A stretch of DNA of 64,000 nucleotides, taken from positions 66,801 to 130,800 of the forward strand of contig CAWKGF010000001.1 of the NCBI GenBank assembly GCA_963849135.1, in the 5' to 3' direction. The position numbers and the translations under genes were made by a program. Of the stretch, positions 31,160 to 40,687 are shown one piece after another. Source of the DNA: an uncultured Actinomycetes bacterium (lineage in GTDB: Bacteria; Actinomycetota; Acidimicrobiia; IMCC26256; PALSA-555). The notes below the pieces were generated by a model. That model was not told the origin of the DNA and did no database searches. It saw only the letters and a list, made by a program, of their open reading frames with translations. The first letter of the stretch is position 1. Every line of letters starts with the position of its first letter.

Positions 31160-32461
31160 ATGGCGTGGGACTTCTCGACCGAGCCTGAATTCCAGGAGAA
31201 GCTCGACTGGATCCGAGACTTCGTGGAGCGCGAGGTCGAGCCCCTCGACCTCGCCTTCGGGTCCCACGTCGTGTACGACAAGTCGCACCCCGTCCACCGG
31301 GAGGTGATCCGACCCCTGCAGCAGCAGGTCAAGGCCCAGGACCTGTGGGCCTGCCACCTCGGGCCCGACCTGGGCGGCAAAGGCTACGGGCAGATGAAGC
31401 TCGCCCTCATGAACGAGATCCTGGGCCGGTCCCACTGGGCCCCCAGCGTGTTTGGGTGCCAGGCCCCCGACTCGGGCAACGCCGAGATCATCGCCCACTA
31501 CGGCACCGAGGACCAGAAGGCCAAGTACCTCCAGCCGCTCCTCGACGGCGAGATCGTGTCCTGCTACTCGATGACCGAGCCCCAAGCCGGCTCGGACCCC
31601 GCCCAGTTCACCTGCCGGGCCACGAAGGACGGCGGGGAGTGGGTCATCGAGGGCGAGAAGTGGTTCTCGTCGAACCTGCGCTACGCCGAGTTCGCGATCG
31701 TGATGGCGGTCACCGACCCCGACGTGTCCGTCTACCAGGGCACCTCGATGTTCCTGGTGCCCACCTCGACCCCCGGGATCAACATCGTCCGCAACGTCGG
31801 GCTCGGCTCCGAGCCCGAAGACGCGGGGTCGCACGCCTACGTCCGCTACGAGGCGGTGCGCGTCCCGGCCGAGAACCTGCTCGGCGGGGAAGGCCAGGCG
31901 TTCGTCATCGCCCAGACCCGGCTCGGCGGCGGTCGTGTCCACCACGCCATGCGGACCATCGGGATGTGCCAGCGGGCCTTCGACATGATGTGCCAGCGGG
32001 CGCTGTCCCGGGTCACCCAAGGCGAGGTGCTGGCCAAGAAGCAGATGGTCCAAGAGGCGATCGCTGACTCGTACATCGACCTCGAGCAGTTCCGGCTGCT
32101 CGTCCTGCAGACGGCGTGGAAGATCGACCAGGTCGGCGGCCCCAAGGCCCGCACCGAGATCGCGGCGGTGAAGGTGCTGACCCCGAAGGTCCTCCACGAC
32201 ATCGTCTACCGGGCCGTGCACGTCCACGGGGCGCTCGGCGTCTCCAACGAGATGCCGCTGGCCGGCATGTGGTCGATGATCCCGGTCATGGGCATCGCCG
32301 ATGGGCCGACCGAGGTTCACAAGGTGACGATCGCCCGCCAGGTCCTGAAGCGCTACCAGCCCTACGAGGGCCTCTGGCCCTCCGAGCACCTGCCCGAGCG
32401 GCGCGCCGCGGCCCGCCGCAGGTTCGCGGGGCTGCTCGAGCACGAGGCGGCGCAGCTGTGA
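31160..32461 (+). CDS. Acyl-CoA dehydrogenase family protein (ACAD10/11-type)
   Basis: 433 aa. SMTEPQAGSDP and GPTEVHKVTIAR are ACAD motifs. GTGA overlap with the downstream kinase-fold gene. Confidence 0.85.
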   Translation: MAWDFSTEPEFQEKLDWIRDFVEREVEPLDLAFGSHVVYDKSHPVHREVIRPLQQQVKAQDLWACHLGPDLGGKGYGQMKLALMNEILGRSHWAPSVFGCQAPDSGNAEIIAHYGTEDQKAKYLQPLLDGEIVSCYSMTEPQAGSDPAQFTCRATKDGGEWVIEGEKWFSSNLRYAEFAIVMAVTDPDVSVYQGTSMFLVPTSTPGINIVRNVGLGSEPEDAGSHAYVRYEAVRVPAENLLGGEGQAFVIAQTRLGGGRVHHAMRTIGMCQRAFDMMCQRALSRVTQGEVLAKKQMVQEAIADSYIDLEQFRLLVLQTAWKIDQVGGPKARTEIAAVKVLTPKVLHDIVYRAVHVHGALGVSNEMPLAGMWSMIPVMGIADGPTEVHKVTIARQVLKRYQPYEGLWPSEHLPERRAAARRRFAGLLEHEAAQL

Positions 32462-33540
32462 GCGACACCGCCAACGCCTGGGACTCGGTCGACGACACCG
32501 CCCGCACCGCGGGCCTCGTCGACCCCGACGCGCTCGGCGACTGGATGGACGCCCAGGACCTCCCGGGGCGGGGCGAGCCGGTCGAGACCACCTTCATCAG
32601 CGGCGGCTCCTCCAACGAGATCTTCGAGATCCGCCGCGGCGAGCACCGCGTCGCGCTGCGCCGCCCCCCCCGTGTCGTCCCGGAGGGCCGCAACGAGACC
32701 ATGCTGCGCGAGTACCGGGTGCTCGAAGCCCTGAACGGCACCGACGTCCCACACCCCGAGGCGTACGCCGCCTGCGACGACACCTCTGTCATCGGCGCCG
32801 CGTTCTACCTCATGGGCTTTGTCGACGGCTGGTCGCCGATGAGCTACCAGCGGACCTGGCCCGCGCCCTTCGACACCGACCTCGACGCCCGAGCCGGGCT
32901 CGGCCTCCAGCTCGTGGACGGGATCGCCCGCCTGGCCCGCGTCGACTGGCGAGCCAAGGGCCTCGAAGGGTTCGGCAAGCCGGACGGGTTCCTCGAGCGG
33001 CAGGTCGACCGGTGGCTCGCCCACCTGCAACGCAACGGGTGCCGCGACCTCGCGGGAACCGACGTCACCGCGGCGTGGCTGCGCGACAACATCCCGAGCA
33101 CCTACGAGCCCGGCATCATCCACGGCGACTACCAGTTCGCCAACGTCATGTTCCGGAACGGCGCCCCGGCCCGCCTGGCCGCCATCGTCGACTGGGAGAT
33201 GACGACCATCGGCGACCCGCTCCTCGACCTGGGCTGGGTCACCTACAGCTGGCCCGGCGAGGGCGACGACGCGTCGCAGAGCGGCTACGTCGACATGGTC
33301 GGCATGCCACCGAAGGCCGCGCTGCTCGACCACTACTCCGAGGTGAGCGGCCGCTCGACCGCCGACATCGACTACTACGAGATCCTCGCCCGGTTCAAGC
33401 TCGCGGTCGTGCTCGAGGCCCAGTACGCCCGGTACCGGCGGGGCGGAGCCGACAACCCCAAGATCGAGGCGTTCGCTCCTATCACCGTCGACCTGATGCA
33501 CGGCGCGGCGGAGCACACCACCCGGGCCCGGGTCTCCTGA
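32458..33540 (+). CDS. Phosphotransferase (APH/choline-kinase fold) family protein
   Basis: GGSSNEIFEI..., catalytic IHGDYQFANVMF (Brenner motif) and IVDWEMTTIGDP. Confidence 0.8.
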   Translation: MSDTANAWDSVDDTARTAGLVDPDALGDWMDAQDLPGRGEPVETTFISGGSSNEIFEIRRGEHRVALRRPPRVVPEGRNETMLREYRVLEALNGTDVPHPEAYAACDDTSVIGAAFYLMGFVDGWSPMSYQRTWPAPFDTDLDARAGLGLQLVDGIARLARVDWRAKGLEGFGKPDGFLERQVDRWLAHLQRNGCRDLAGTDVTAAWLRDNIPSTYEPGIIHGDYQFANVMFRNGAPARLAAIVDWEMTTIGDPLLDLGWVTYSWPGEGDDASQSGYVDMVGMPPKAALLDHYSEVSGRSTADIDYYEILARFKLAVVLEAQYARYRRGGADNPKIEAFAPITVDLMHGAAEHTTRARVS

Positions 33541-33564
33541 CCCGAGCCGGCCCGGGCCGGCACC

Positions 33565-34026
33565 TCACCCCCACACGTCGCGGAGGCGGCGGACCTGCTC
33601 GAGCAGCTGCGGCTCCGGGACCGGCGTGGCGTCCCACCGGAGCGGCGCCTCCGGCGCCGGGTCGTCGAGGTACCGGGGCTGCAGATGGGTGTGCACGTGG
33701 GGGACCTTGTTGCCGAGCAGCTGGTAGTTGAGGTGCGCGGGCTCGAAGAAGGCCGTGAGCAGGCGGGCCGCCTCGAGCACCTCGAGCCAGTAGCGGGTCG
33801 CCTCCTCTGGTTCGAGCTCGCTGACGTCAGGCACGTGCCGTCCCCGCCAGACGATGATCGAGTAGCCCGGGAGCGACGCGGCGCGCTGGAGGTAGGCGTC
33901 GGCGGAGACCCCTTCGAAGAAGCGGATCCCGAACTCGGTGACCTCGGGGCGTCCCTGCCCGCACATCGGGCAGCCCGCCCCTGCCCGGCGCTCCACCCAG
34001 TCCGGCGGCCACGTTCGAGGCCCCAC
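33565..34026 (-). CDS. HIT family protein
   Basis: CPMCG near the N-terminus and the histidine triad VPHVHTHLQPR. GTG start at 34026 chosen. Confidence 0.75.
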   Translation of the reverse strand: MGPRTWPPDWVERRAGAGCPMCGQGRPEVTEFGIRFFEGVSADAYLQRAASLPGYSIIVWRGRHVPDVSELEPEEATRYWLEVLEAARLLTAFFEPAHLNYQLLGNKVPHVHTHLQPRYLDDPAPEAPLRWDATPVPEPQLLEQVRRLRDVWG

Positions 34027-34028
34027 GC

Positions 34029-34297
34029 TCAGCGCCCGCCGACGAGCTGACGCAGCGCGGCTCGGAGCCGGGGCTTCGCCCCGAGCGCGCCGCGCAGGTC
34101 CTCGCCGCCGACCATCAGCGGGCTGCGCTGGAACAACCCGGAGGGTTGTACGAGCAGAACCGGATGCTCTCGCGGCCGTCCTCGTACTCCAGCAGCTGAA
34201 TGGTCGGCTCGTGGTGCTCGCCGACCGTGCTGGCCTCCTCGACGACGAGCCCCCGTCCCCAGGGCATCGTGAACGGGCGTGGCACGCGGCGTCCCAT
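34029..34297 (-). CDS. Conserved small hypothetical protein; one frameshift near 34145
   Basis: MGRRVPRPFTMPWGRGLVVEE..IQLLEYEDGRESIRFCSYN continues in the adjacent frame as ..GLFQRSPLMVGGEDLRGALGAKPRLRAALRQLV. Coding bias is good in both parts. Confidence 0.5.
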
Positions 34298-34306
34298 CCG
34301 GCCACG

Positions 34307-35008
34307 TTACGCAGCGACGCGCCCCACGTCCTGCACCATGACCTGCAGATGGAGCCGCGTCCCCGCTCGGCTCCGAAGCCCAGGCGTCACGACCGGTTCG
34401 CGGTGGCGCGCGAACCCCACCGATTCGAAGAACGCCATCGCGGTCAGGTTCTCGGCGAACGTCTGGAGGTGGCACCCGCAGCCGCCACGAGCCCGCAGCA
34501 GGTCGAACCACCGGCGCATCAGCTGGCGGCCCAGGCCCTGACCGCGAGCCTCGGGGAGCAGATCGATGTGCAGATGAGCCGGCCAGCGCTCGTCGGAGAA
34601 CTCGAGGTCCTCCAGCGCGACCCGCCGACGCGCCACGTCGACCACCGTGTCAGCGAGCGTGCGCCAGATCACCGGCGCGGTGCCAGGCCGGAAGGCCAGG
34701 CCCCGGTGGAGGAGGTGCCGGCCGACGATCGCCTGGGGCTTCCACGCCCGCCCGGTCTCGAGGCAGCCGAGGAGATAGCCGCACACGACGCCGGCTCGAT
34801 CGATCACGAACGCCGACCCGGGCTCCGCGTCGGTGTAGTAGCTGGTGAAGAGGTCGGCGAAGCTCTCCTGGTCGCGCCACTGCCAGTCGATCGGCTCGCC
34901 CAGGTAGCCGGTGCGGAAGCAGACGTCGCGCACGGCGGACCGGTCGCTCGGGGACGCGTACGGCCGAACCGTGAACTCGCCGACGCCGGGCTCGCTCACC
35001 CGCTCCAA
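34307..35008 (-). CDS. GNAT family N-acetyltransferase
   Basis: HIDLLPEARGQGLGRQLMRRWFDLLRARG is the acetyl-CoA-binding motif A (Q/RxxGxG/A). Confidence 0.8.
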   Translation of the reverse strand: MERVSEPGVGEFTVRPYASPSDRSAVRDVCFRTGYLGEPIDWQWRDQESFADLFTSYYTDAEPGSAFVIDRAGVVCGYLLGCLETGRAWKPQAIVGRHLLHRGLAFRPGTAPVIWRTLADTVVDVARRRVALEDLEFSDERWPAHLHIDLLPEARGQGLGRQLMRRWFDLLRARGGCGCHLQTFAENLTAMAFFESVGFARHREPVVTPGLRSRAGTRLHLQVMVQDVGRVAA

Positions 35009-35039
35009 CCGGTCCGGCCCGCGACCTGGCGCGCCCGAC

Positions 35040-35471
35040 TCAACGGGGCGTCAGGACCACGACCGGGATCTCCCGGTCGGTGCGGGTCTGGTACACGGAG
35101 TACTGGCCGTGGTTGACCTCGTCGGCCCGGGTCCAGAGCCGTGACCGCTCCGCACCCTCCGCGACCCGGGCCCGCACCGCCCGCCGCTCACGCCCGACCT
35201 GGATCTCCACGTCCGGGTCGGCCATCAGGTTGTGGAACCACCCGGGATGGTGCGGGTCGCCGCCCTTCGACGCGACCACCACGTACCCGTCCCCGTCCCG
35301 CACGTACAGGAGCGCCGAGGTCCGCGGCCGACCACTGCGCCGCCCGACCGTTCGCAGCAGCAGCATCGGGCGGCCACCGACGCTGGCTCCCACCCGGCCG
35401 TCGGTGGTCTCGTAGAGCCACTGGTGAACGACCAGCCCCTTGGCGAGGATCTGCTCGACCTTCGAGTTCAT
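35040..35471 (-). CDS. Deazaflavin (F420)-dependent nitroreductase family protein (DDN/DUF385)
   Basis: LLLRTVGRRSGRPRTSALLYVRDGDGYVVVASKGGDPHHPGWFHNL matches the Ddn-family core. Confidence 0.85.
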   Translation of the reverse strand: MNSKVEQILAKGLVVHQWLYETTDGRVGASVGGRPMLLLRTVGRRSGRPRTSALLYVRDGDGYVVVASKGGDPHHPGWFHNLMADPDVEIQVGRERRAVRARVAEGAERSRLWTRADEVNHGQYSVYQTRTDREIPVVVLTPR

Positions 35472-35577
35472 GCGCCTACCCTCTCGGCGTGACGGACAGC
35501 CCGGGCCCCGGTCCGGCGCTCCGGCGTGACACTAGAGGTGATCGGCTCGATCGGCGACCGCGGACGACAGGAGCACC

Positions 35578-36054
35578 ATGGCAGCGAAGATCGCCACCGT
35601 CCGGCGTGTCGAACGAGCCGTGCTGGTCGACTTCCTCCGCCCCCGTCACCACGGCCTGCTGTCGACCCGACGGGCCGACGGGTGGCCGCAGCTCTCCCCG
35701 GTCACGTTCGGCGTCGACGTCGAGGGCCGCATCGTGATCGCGACCTACCCCAGCCGGGCGAAGGTCCTGAACGCCCGCCGGGACGCCCGCGTCTCGCTCT
35801 GCGCCCAGTCCGAGGACTGGAGCGGCGAGTACGTGCAGATCGACGGCCACGCCGACGTCATCGACCTGCCCGACGCCGCGGAGCCGCTCGTCGAGTACTA
35901 CCGGGCCATCTCCGGTGAGCACCCCGACTGGGACGCGTACCGTCGCGCCATGCGTGAGCAGGGGAAGTGCCTGCTGCGGATCACCATCGAGCGGTGGGGT
36001 CCGATCGCCACCGGCGGCTTCCCCCCCGGGCGCGAGCCCGGGAGAGCGTCGTGA
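35578..36054 (+). CDS. PPOX-class F420-dependent oxidoreductase (pyridoxamine-5'-phosphate-oxidase fold)
   Basis: 158 aa. HHGLLSTRRADGWPQLSPVTF..IVIATYPSRAKVLNARRDARVSL is typical of this class. Confidence 0.75.
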   Translation: MAAKIATVRRVERAVLVDFLRPRHHGLLSTRRADGWPQLSPVTFGVDVEGRIVIATYPSRAKVLNARRDARVSLCAQSEDWSGEYVQIDGHADVIDLPDAAEPLVEYYRAISGEHPDWDAYRRAMREQGKCLLRITIERWGPIATGGFPPGREPGRAS

Positions 36055-36588
36055 CCGCCCGCCCGCTCGCCGGAGCGGTCCTCGGCGTGGTGCTGAGCGC
36101 GGTGGTCGCCGTGGGCTGCTCCGGCGGCTCGTCGAGCAGCACGACGACGTCGACGAGCGCCCCGTCCCTCACCACCTGCCAGATCGGCCAGCTGCGGCCC
36201 ACGTTCGGCGAGGAGCAGGGCACCACCGGCCACTACCACGCCACCCTCATCCTGGCGAACACCGAGCGCGACGACCTGCACGCTGCGCGGCTACGTCGAC
36301 CTGCAGATGCTCACCTCGACCGGCCAGGCCCTCCCGACCTCGGTGACCCAGGATCACTTCTACGGCCCGGTCACCCTCGTCGTGCTCCACCACGCCGGGC
36401 GGGCATCGACGCAACTGAGCTGGGTCGAGATCCCGGTCGCCTCGCCCTGCGTCACCCCGGCCCGGGTCCAGATCACCCCGCCCGGCGCGACCGGCACCCT
36501 CACCCTCCCCTGGCCGCCGCAGCACAATGTCGTCTGCGACCCCGCGATCGACTCGACCCCGATCCAACCGGGTGTTCCTCGAGTCTGA
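36051..36588 (+). CDS. DUF4232-like lipoprotein; one frameshift near 36262
   Basis: Lipobox VAVGCSGG, an S/T linker, then C-x-IGQL...ATLILANT (frame 0) continuing as SATTCTLRGYVDLQML (frame 1). This resembles the LTNxSxxxCTLxGYP hallmark of DUF4232. Confidence 0.65.
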
Positions 36589-37244
36589 GCCGCGTCGTGA
36601 CACCTCACCGCACCGATCGCGGTCTCGTGTCGCGCCCACACCGCGTAGAGCGGGTCGCCGGGCTGCCCGGCTGGGATGCAACGCTTGGCGACCGGGACCG
36701 ACCAACCCTGCGACGCCCGGAAGTACGTGCTGACGACCTCCAGGTGCCCCTCGTCGTCGGTCGCCAGCCAGCCGCGGATCGCCTTGGTCGGGAAGCAGCG
36801 GTTCGAGAACGTGCACACGAACGGCGCTCCCGGGCGCAGCACCCGGGCTACCTCGTCGAACACCTCCAGCGGGCGCACCAGGTAGTCGACCGACACGCAG
36901 CACGTCGCGGCGTCGAAGGACGCGGCCTCGAACGGGAGCCGCGGGTCGGCGTTGAGGTCGTGGACCAGCCACTCGGCCGCCTGCGCGTTGTGCTCGAGCT
37001 CGGCCGCGTTCATGCCCAGCGCGACGAGCCAGGCCCGTCGGGCCCGGAAGTGCGAGATCCACGACGAGCAGACGTCCAGCACCGTCCCGCGCAGCCCGAG
37101 CTCGTCGTACAGCGCCCCCACCGCGGCGATCGCCGCGTCGTCGAGATGGGTGACCAGCCGGACCGGTGCGTAGAAGCCGTCGTCCGATGACTCGTCAGCA
37201 CGCGTGAAGAAGCGGTCCGGGAACACGCGGTACCGGCCGTCCAT
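36360..37244 (-). CDS. Class I SAM-dependent methyltransferase (3' end uncertain)
   Basis: VLDVCSSWISHF...ASFDAATCCVSVDYL..VLRPGAPF. The family-like sequence ends around ..DPLYAVWARHE (about 36615). The remaining 80 or so codons overlap the convergent gene and may be read-through. Confidence 0.7.
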   Translation of the reverse strand: MDGRYRVFPDRFFTRADESSDDGFYAPVRLVTHLDDAAIAAVGALYDELGLRGTVLDVCSSWISHFRARRAWLVALGMNAAELEHNAQAAEWLVHDLNADPRLPFEAASFDAATCCVSVDYLVRPLEVFDEVARVLRPGAPFVCTFSNRCFPTKAIRGWLATDDEGHLEVVSTYFRASQGWSVPVAKRCIPAGQPGDPLYAVWARHETAIGAVRCHDAAQTRGTPGWIGVESIAGSQTTLCCGGQGRVRVPVAPGGVIWTRAGVTQGEATGISTQLSCVDARPAWWSTTRVTGP

Positions 37245-37332
37245 CAGGCCATGATTCCAAACTCGCCACCGTGCGCGTCAGCGTCCCCGACGCGCCACCG
37301 TTGCCGGCGGTGCTCGACGTACCCTCACGCTC

Positions 37333-38210
37333 GTGAAACGTGGCGTGGGAGTCCTCGCCCTCGTGGCCGCCGGGTTGGTCGCCACGGTCGCGGCTCCTGC
37401 TCGCCCCGCGTCGGCGCAGGGGCTGGCGCCGATCATCCTGTACGGCGACTCGGTCGCCACAAATCGAAGGACACGCTCGCCCAACAGCTCAGCGCAGCCA
37501 ACCTCGGCGCGCCGGTCGTTCCGCAGACCTATCCCGGCACCGCGCTCTGCGACTGGATGCCACGAATGAGCGCGGAGGCGGCCGCCCTCTCCCCCCAGCT
37601 GGTCGTCATCATCTTCACCGGCATCCCGAACCGGCCCTGCATCGCCGCGCAGGGCGCCTACGGCGTGTCGTGGGAGAACGATCTCCAGCAGGTCGCGAGC
37701 TTCTGGGCCCAGCGCGGCACGAGGGTTCTCCTCGTCGGCCTGCCCGGCGAGGTGTCCGGGGCGCCCACCGTGCCGATCGCGCCGACCGATCCGAGCTTCG
37801 ACGCCCGTAGCGTCGCCCGGATGGAAGCCGACGTGGCCAGCGGCGGGAACCCGCTGGTGCGCTACGTCGACCTCAGCCCCGTCTTCGTCGGCGCCGACGG
37901 CCGCTACGACCAGTACCTGTCCTGCCTGCCGACCGAGGGGGCCCCGCAGGGGTGCGGCGCCGCCCCCGCACCGGCGGGCCAGATCCAGGTCCGCAACACC
38001 GACGGCCAGCACTTCTGCGTGGTCGGGCACCTCAGCGCGATCGAGGCCTGCCCCGTGTACTCGAGCGGCGTGCTGCGCCTCGCCCAGAGCGTCGCGCAAG
38101 CGACCGAAGGCTGGCCGCTGCCGAGCAACCCAACCACGGCGGAGGAAGCGGCCGCAGGTGGCCAGTTGGTCTTGCAGCTGCGAACCGCCTGGTCTGGGCT
38201 CGCGCCCTGA
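37333..38210 (+). CDS. Secreted SGNH-like protein, paralogue of 38480..39388; one frameshift near 37463
   Basis: Signal peptide MKRGVGVLALVAAGLVATVAAPARPASA plus IILYGDSVA (frame 1) continues as SKDTLAQQLS..YPGTALCDW (frame 0). It aligns by eye with the downstream paralogue. Confidence 0.65.
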
Positions 38211-38479
38211 CGCGCCAGGCCGGCATCGGCGAGCAGGTTCGCGGCAGCTCGGTTGCCGCGAGGCCCGGAAGCGACGAGACCGCGAGCGCAGTCTGACCCT
38301 GAGCGTCGCAGCGCCGCGCTGGTCCAGTCCTGCATCTGAAGGCGTGGTCAACCCCTCGCTCTGGGTGGCCGTAGACAAACCATCGTGCGCATCTCGCGTG
38401 GGCAGTCTCAGTACAGTTCGTGCCGGCGGGCGGGTTCGCGAGCCAACGCGGCAGACCCTCGCTGGGCACTGAGGCCAAC

Positions 38480-39388
38480 ATGAATCGAGTCGTGAAGGCG
38501 CTCATCGGAGCGGTCTTCCTCGGGGCGGTGGCCTCAGCCTGCGTGCCGGTCGCGCCACCGCAACCACCACCGACCGTCATCATCTACGGGGACTCGTTCC
38601 TGACTCAGGCCCAGACCTACGTCGCAGACAGCCTGTCGGGATACGGCTGGAACGTCATCATCCGCCAGTATCCCGGGACGGCGGCCTGTGACTGGCTGTC
38701 GACGATGACGAACGACGTGGACACGATCCCGAACATCAAAGCGGTGGAGTTCGTCTTCACCGGCAACATGAGCACGCCGTGCACCCAGGGTCGCGGAACC
38801 CAGCTCGCGGTGTACACCGCAGACCTGACGACCGCGATTCAGATGTGGGCCAAGTCGGGTGTTCACATCGGACTGGTCTCGCCGCCCGGCCCAGGGCCGG
38901 TGACGCCTGATGCCTCGCCTGCTCCGCCCGGAGGTCCCGCGGGGCCGCATCCGCTTGCCGCGCTGTACTCACAGCTCGCGGGGCAGTTCGGTGACGTGTA
39001 CGGCGACGGTGGCCAGCTGCTGCACGACGACAGCGTTCCCGAGCTGTGGCCGCTTGACCTTCCCTGCCAGTCGTTCGACGTGGCTGCAGGAGCGTGCGTC
39101 GCCGGGCTAGCCCAAGTCAGAACATCGGCGACGAATGGGCACCTCTGTGACGTCGTACCGGTCGGGACCGATCCGTGCCCGGTCTACTCCAGTGGAGTCG
39201 TCCGGTGGGGTTCGATGGTCGTCTCCGTCATGGACACGGAGATGGGTGTCGTGCCGACCGCACCGGGGGTGAGCGCCACGATCACGACGACGACCACGGT
39301 CCCGCCGTCGACGTCGACGAGCTCTCCATCGACGACCTCCACGTCAACGACGACGACCACGGACGGACTGCCGCCAACGACGGGCTAG
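38480..39388 (+). CDS. Secreted SGNH-like protein with a C-terminal Ser/Thr-rich tail
   Basis: Signal/lipobox-like N-terminus (..GAVASAC), VIIYGDSFL, YPGTAACDW, ..NGHLCDVVPVGTDPCPVYSSGVVRWG and the tail TITTTTTVPPSTSTSSPSTTSTSTTTTT. Confidence 0.65.
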   Translation: MNRVVKALIGAVFLGAVASACVPVAPPQPPPTVIIYGDSFLTQAQTYVADSLSGYGWNVIIRQYPGTAACDWLSTMTNDVDTIPNIKAVEFVFTGNMSTPCTQGRGTQLAVYTADLTTAIQMWAKSGVHIGLVSPPGPGPVTPDASPAPPGGPAGPHPLAALYSQLAGQFGDVYGDGGQLLHDDSVPELWPLDLPCQSFDVAAGACVAGLAQVRTSATNGHLCDVVPVGTDPCPVYSSGVVRWGSMVVSVMDTEMGVVPTAPGVSATITTTTTVPPSTSTSSPSTTSTSTTTTTDGLPPTTG

Positions 39389-39512
39389 CGACGCTCGCGC
39401 GGTGGCTCGGGTCGGCTGAGCGTGACTCGGGGCCGCACGCCGCGCACCGTTGGGCTGCCGTCGCGAGCTGGCGGTGGTTGGAGGGCTGATCCTCGAGATC
39501 CGAGCTTCGGCG

Positions 39513-40679
39513 TCAGGCGCGGGGGAGGCCGAGGATGCGGGTGGCGAGGATGTTCTTGTTCACTTGCGTCGTGCCGCCGGCGATGGTGTGGGAGCGGGCC
39601 ATGACCCGATCTCGGCCCCACTCGCCCTGGTTGGCGTCCGGGCCGAGCACGTCGCCGGCCACCTCGGCCACCAGCTGCTCGGTCTCGCTCCACTGGAGCT
39701 TCGCGATGCTGCCCTCCGGCCCGAGCGGTCGGCCGTGGAGCTCCCCCGAGATCGCGCGATCGGAGATGAGCTTCAGCAGCTCGGCCTGGAGGTAGGCGCG
39801 GGCCAGCCGGACCCGGAGCGTCGGGTCGTCGCTCGCCATCCGCCCGTCGCCGAGCGGGGTCCGGCGGGCCTCCTTGAGGAGGCGTGCGACCTTGGCCCGC
39901 AGGGCGAGGTGCAACTTGGCGACCCCGCCCCGCTCGTGGGCGAGGGTCGTCATCGCGACCCGCCAGCCGTCATGGACCGGGCCGAGCGTCTGCGCGACGG
40001 GCACCCGGACGTCGTCGAAGAACACCTCGTTGAACTCGGGCTCGCCGGTGATCGTCACCAGCGGCCGGACCTCGACCCCAGGGCGGTCCAGGTCGACGAG
40101 CACGCAGGTGATCCCGCGGTGCTTCGGCGCCTCCGGGTCGGTGCGCACCAGCAGCTCGCACCAGTCGGCGACGTGGGCGAGCGTCGTCCAGATCTTCTGC
40201 CCCGTGATCACCCAGTCGTCGCCGTCGCGCACCGCGCGGGTGCGCAGCGACGCCAGGTCCGAGCCCGCGTCGGGCTCGGAGAAGCCCTGGCACCAGATGT
40301 CATCACCGCGGCGGATCCCCGGCAGCAGCCCCGCCTTCTGGTCCTCGGTGCCGTGCGCCATGATCGCCGGCGCCACGTTCGGGATGCCGAGCACGTTGAT
40401 CGGACCCGGCGCGCCGGAGCGGTGCAGCTCCTCGTTCCACACCACCTGGTCCATCACGCCCGCCCCGCGCCCGCCGTACTCCACCGGCCACGAGATGGCC
40501 GCGTAGCCGGCGTCGGCCAGCTCCCGGTTCCACGCCCGCAGCGCCTCCAGCCCCGACGACCGGGGGTCGAGGCGGGCGCCCCGCCCGAGGGCGCGGATCT
40601 CGTCGGTCACGTGCTCGTCGAGCCAGCCCCGCAGCTCGGCGCGGAACGTCTCCGCCTCCGCCGGGTAGGTGAAGTCCAC
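39513..40679 (-). CDS. Acyl-CoA dehydrogenase family protein
   Basis: GTG start at 40679 (VDFTYPAEAETFRAELRGWL). CQGFSEPDAGSDLASL and AGGTTQVNKNILA are ACAD motifs. Confidence 0.85.
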   Translation of the reverse strand: MDFTYPAEAETFRAELRGWLDEHVTDEIRALGRGARLDPRSSGLEALRAWNRELADAGYAAISWPVEYGGRGAGVMDQVVWNEELHRSGAPGPINVLGIPNVAPAIMAHGTEDQKAGLLPGIRRGDDIWCQGFSEPDAGSDLASLRTRAVRDGDDWVITGQKIWTTLAHVADWCELLVRTDPEAPKHRGITCVLVDLDRPGVEVRPLVTITGEPEFNEVFFDDVRVPVAQTLGPVHDGWRVAMTTLAHERGGVAKLHLALRAKVARLLKEARRTPLGDGRMASDDPTLRVRLARAYLQAELLKLISDRAISGELHGRPLGPEGSIAKLQWSETEQLVAEVAGDVLGPDANQGEWGRDRVMARSHTIAGGTTQVNKNILATRILGLPRA

Positions 40680-40687
40680 GCCCGGTG

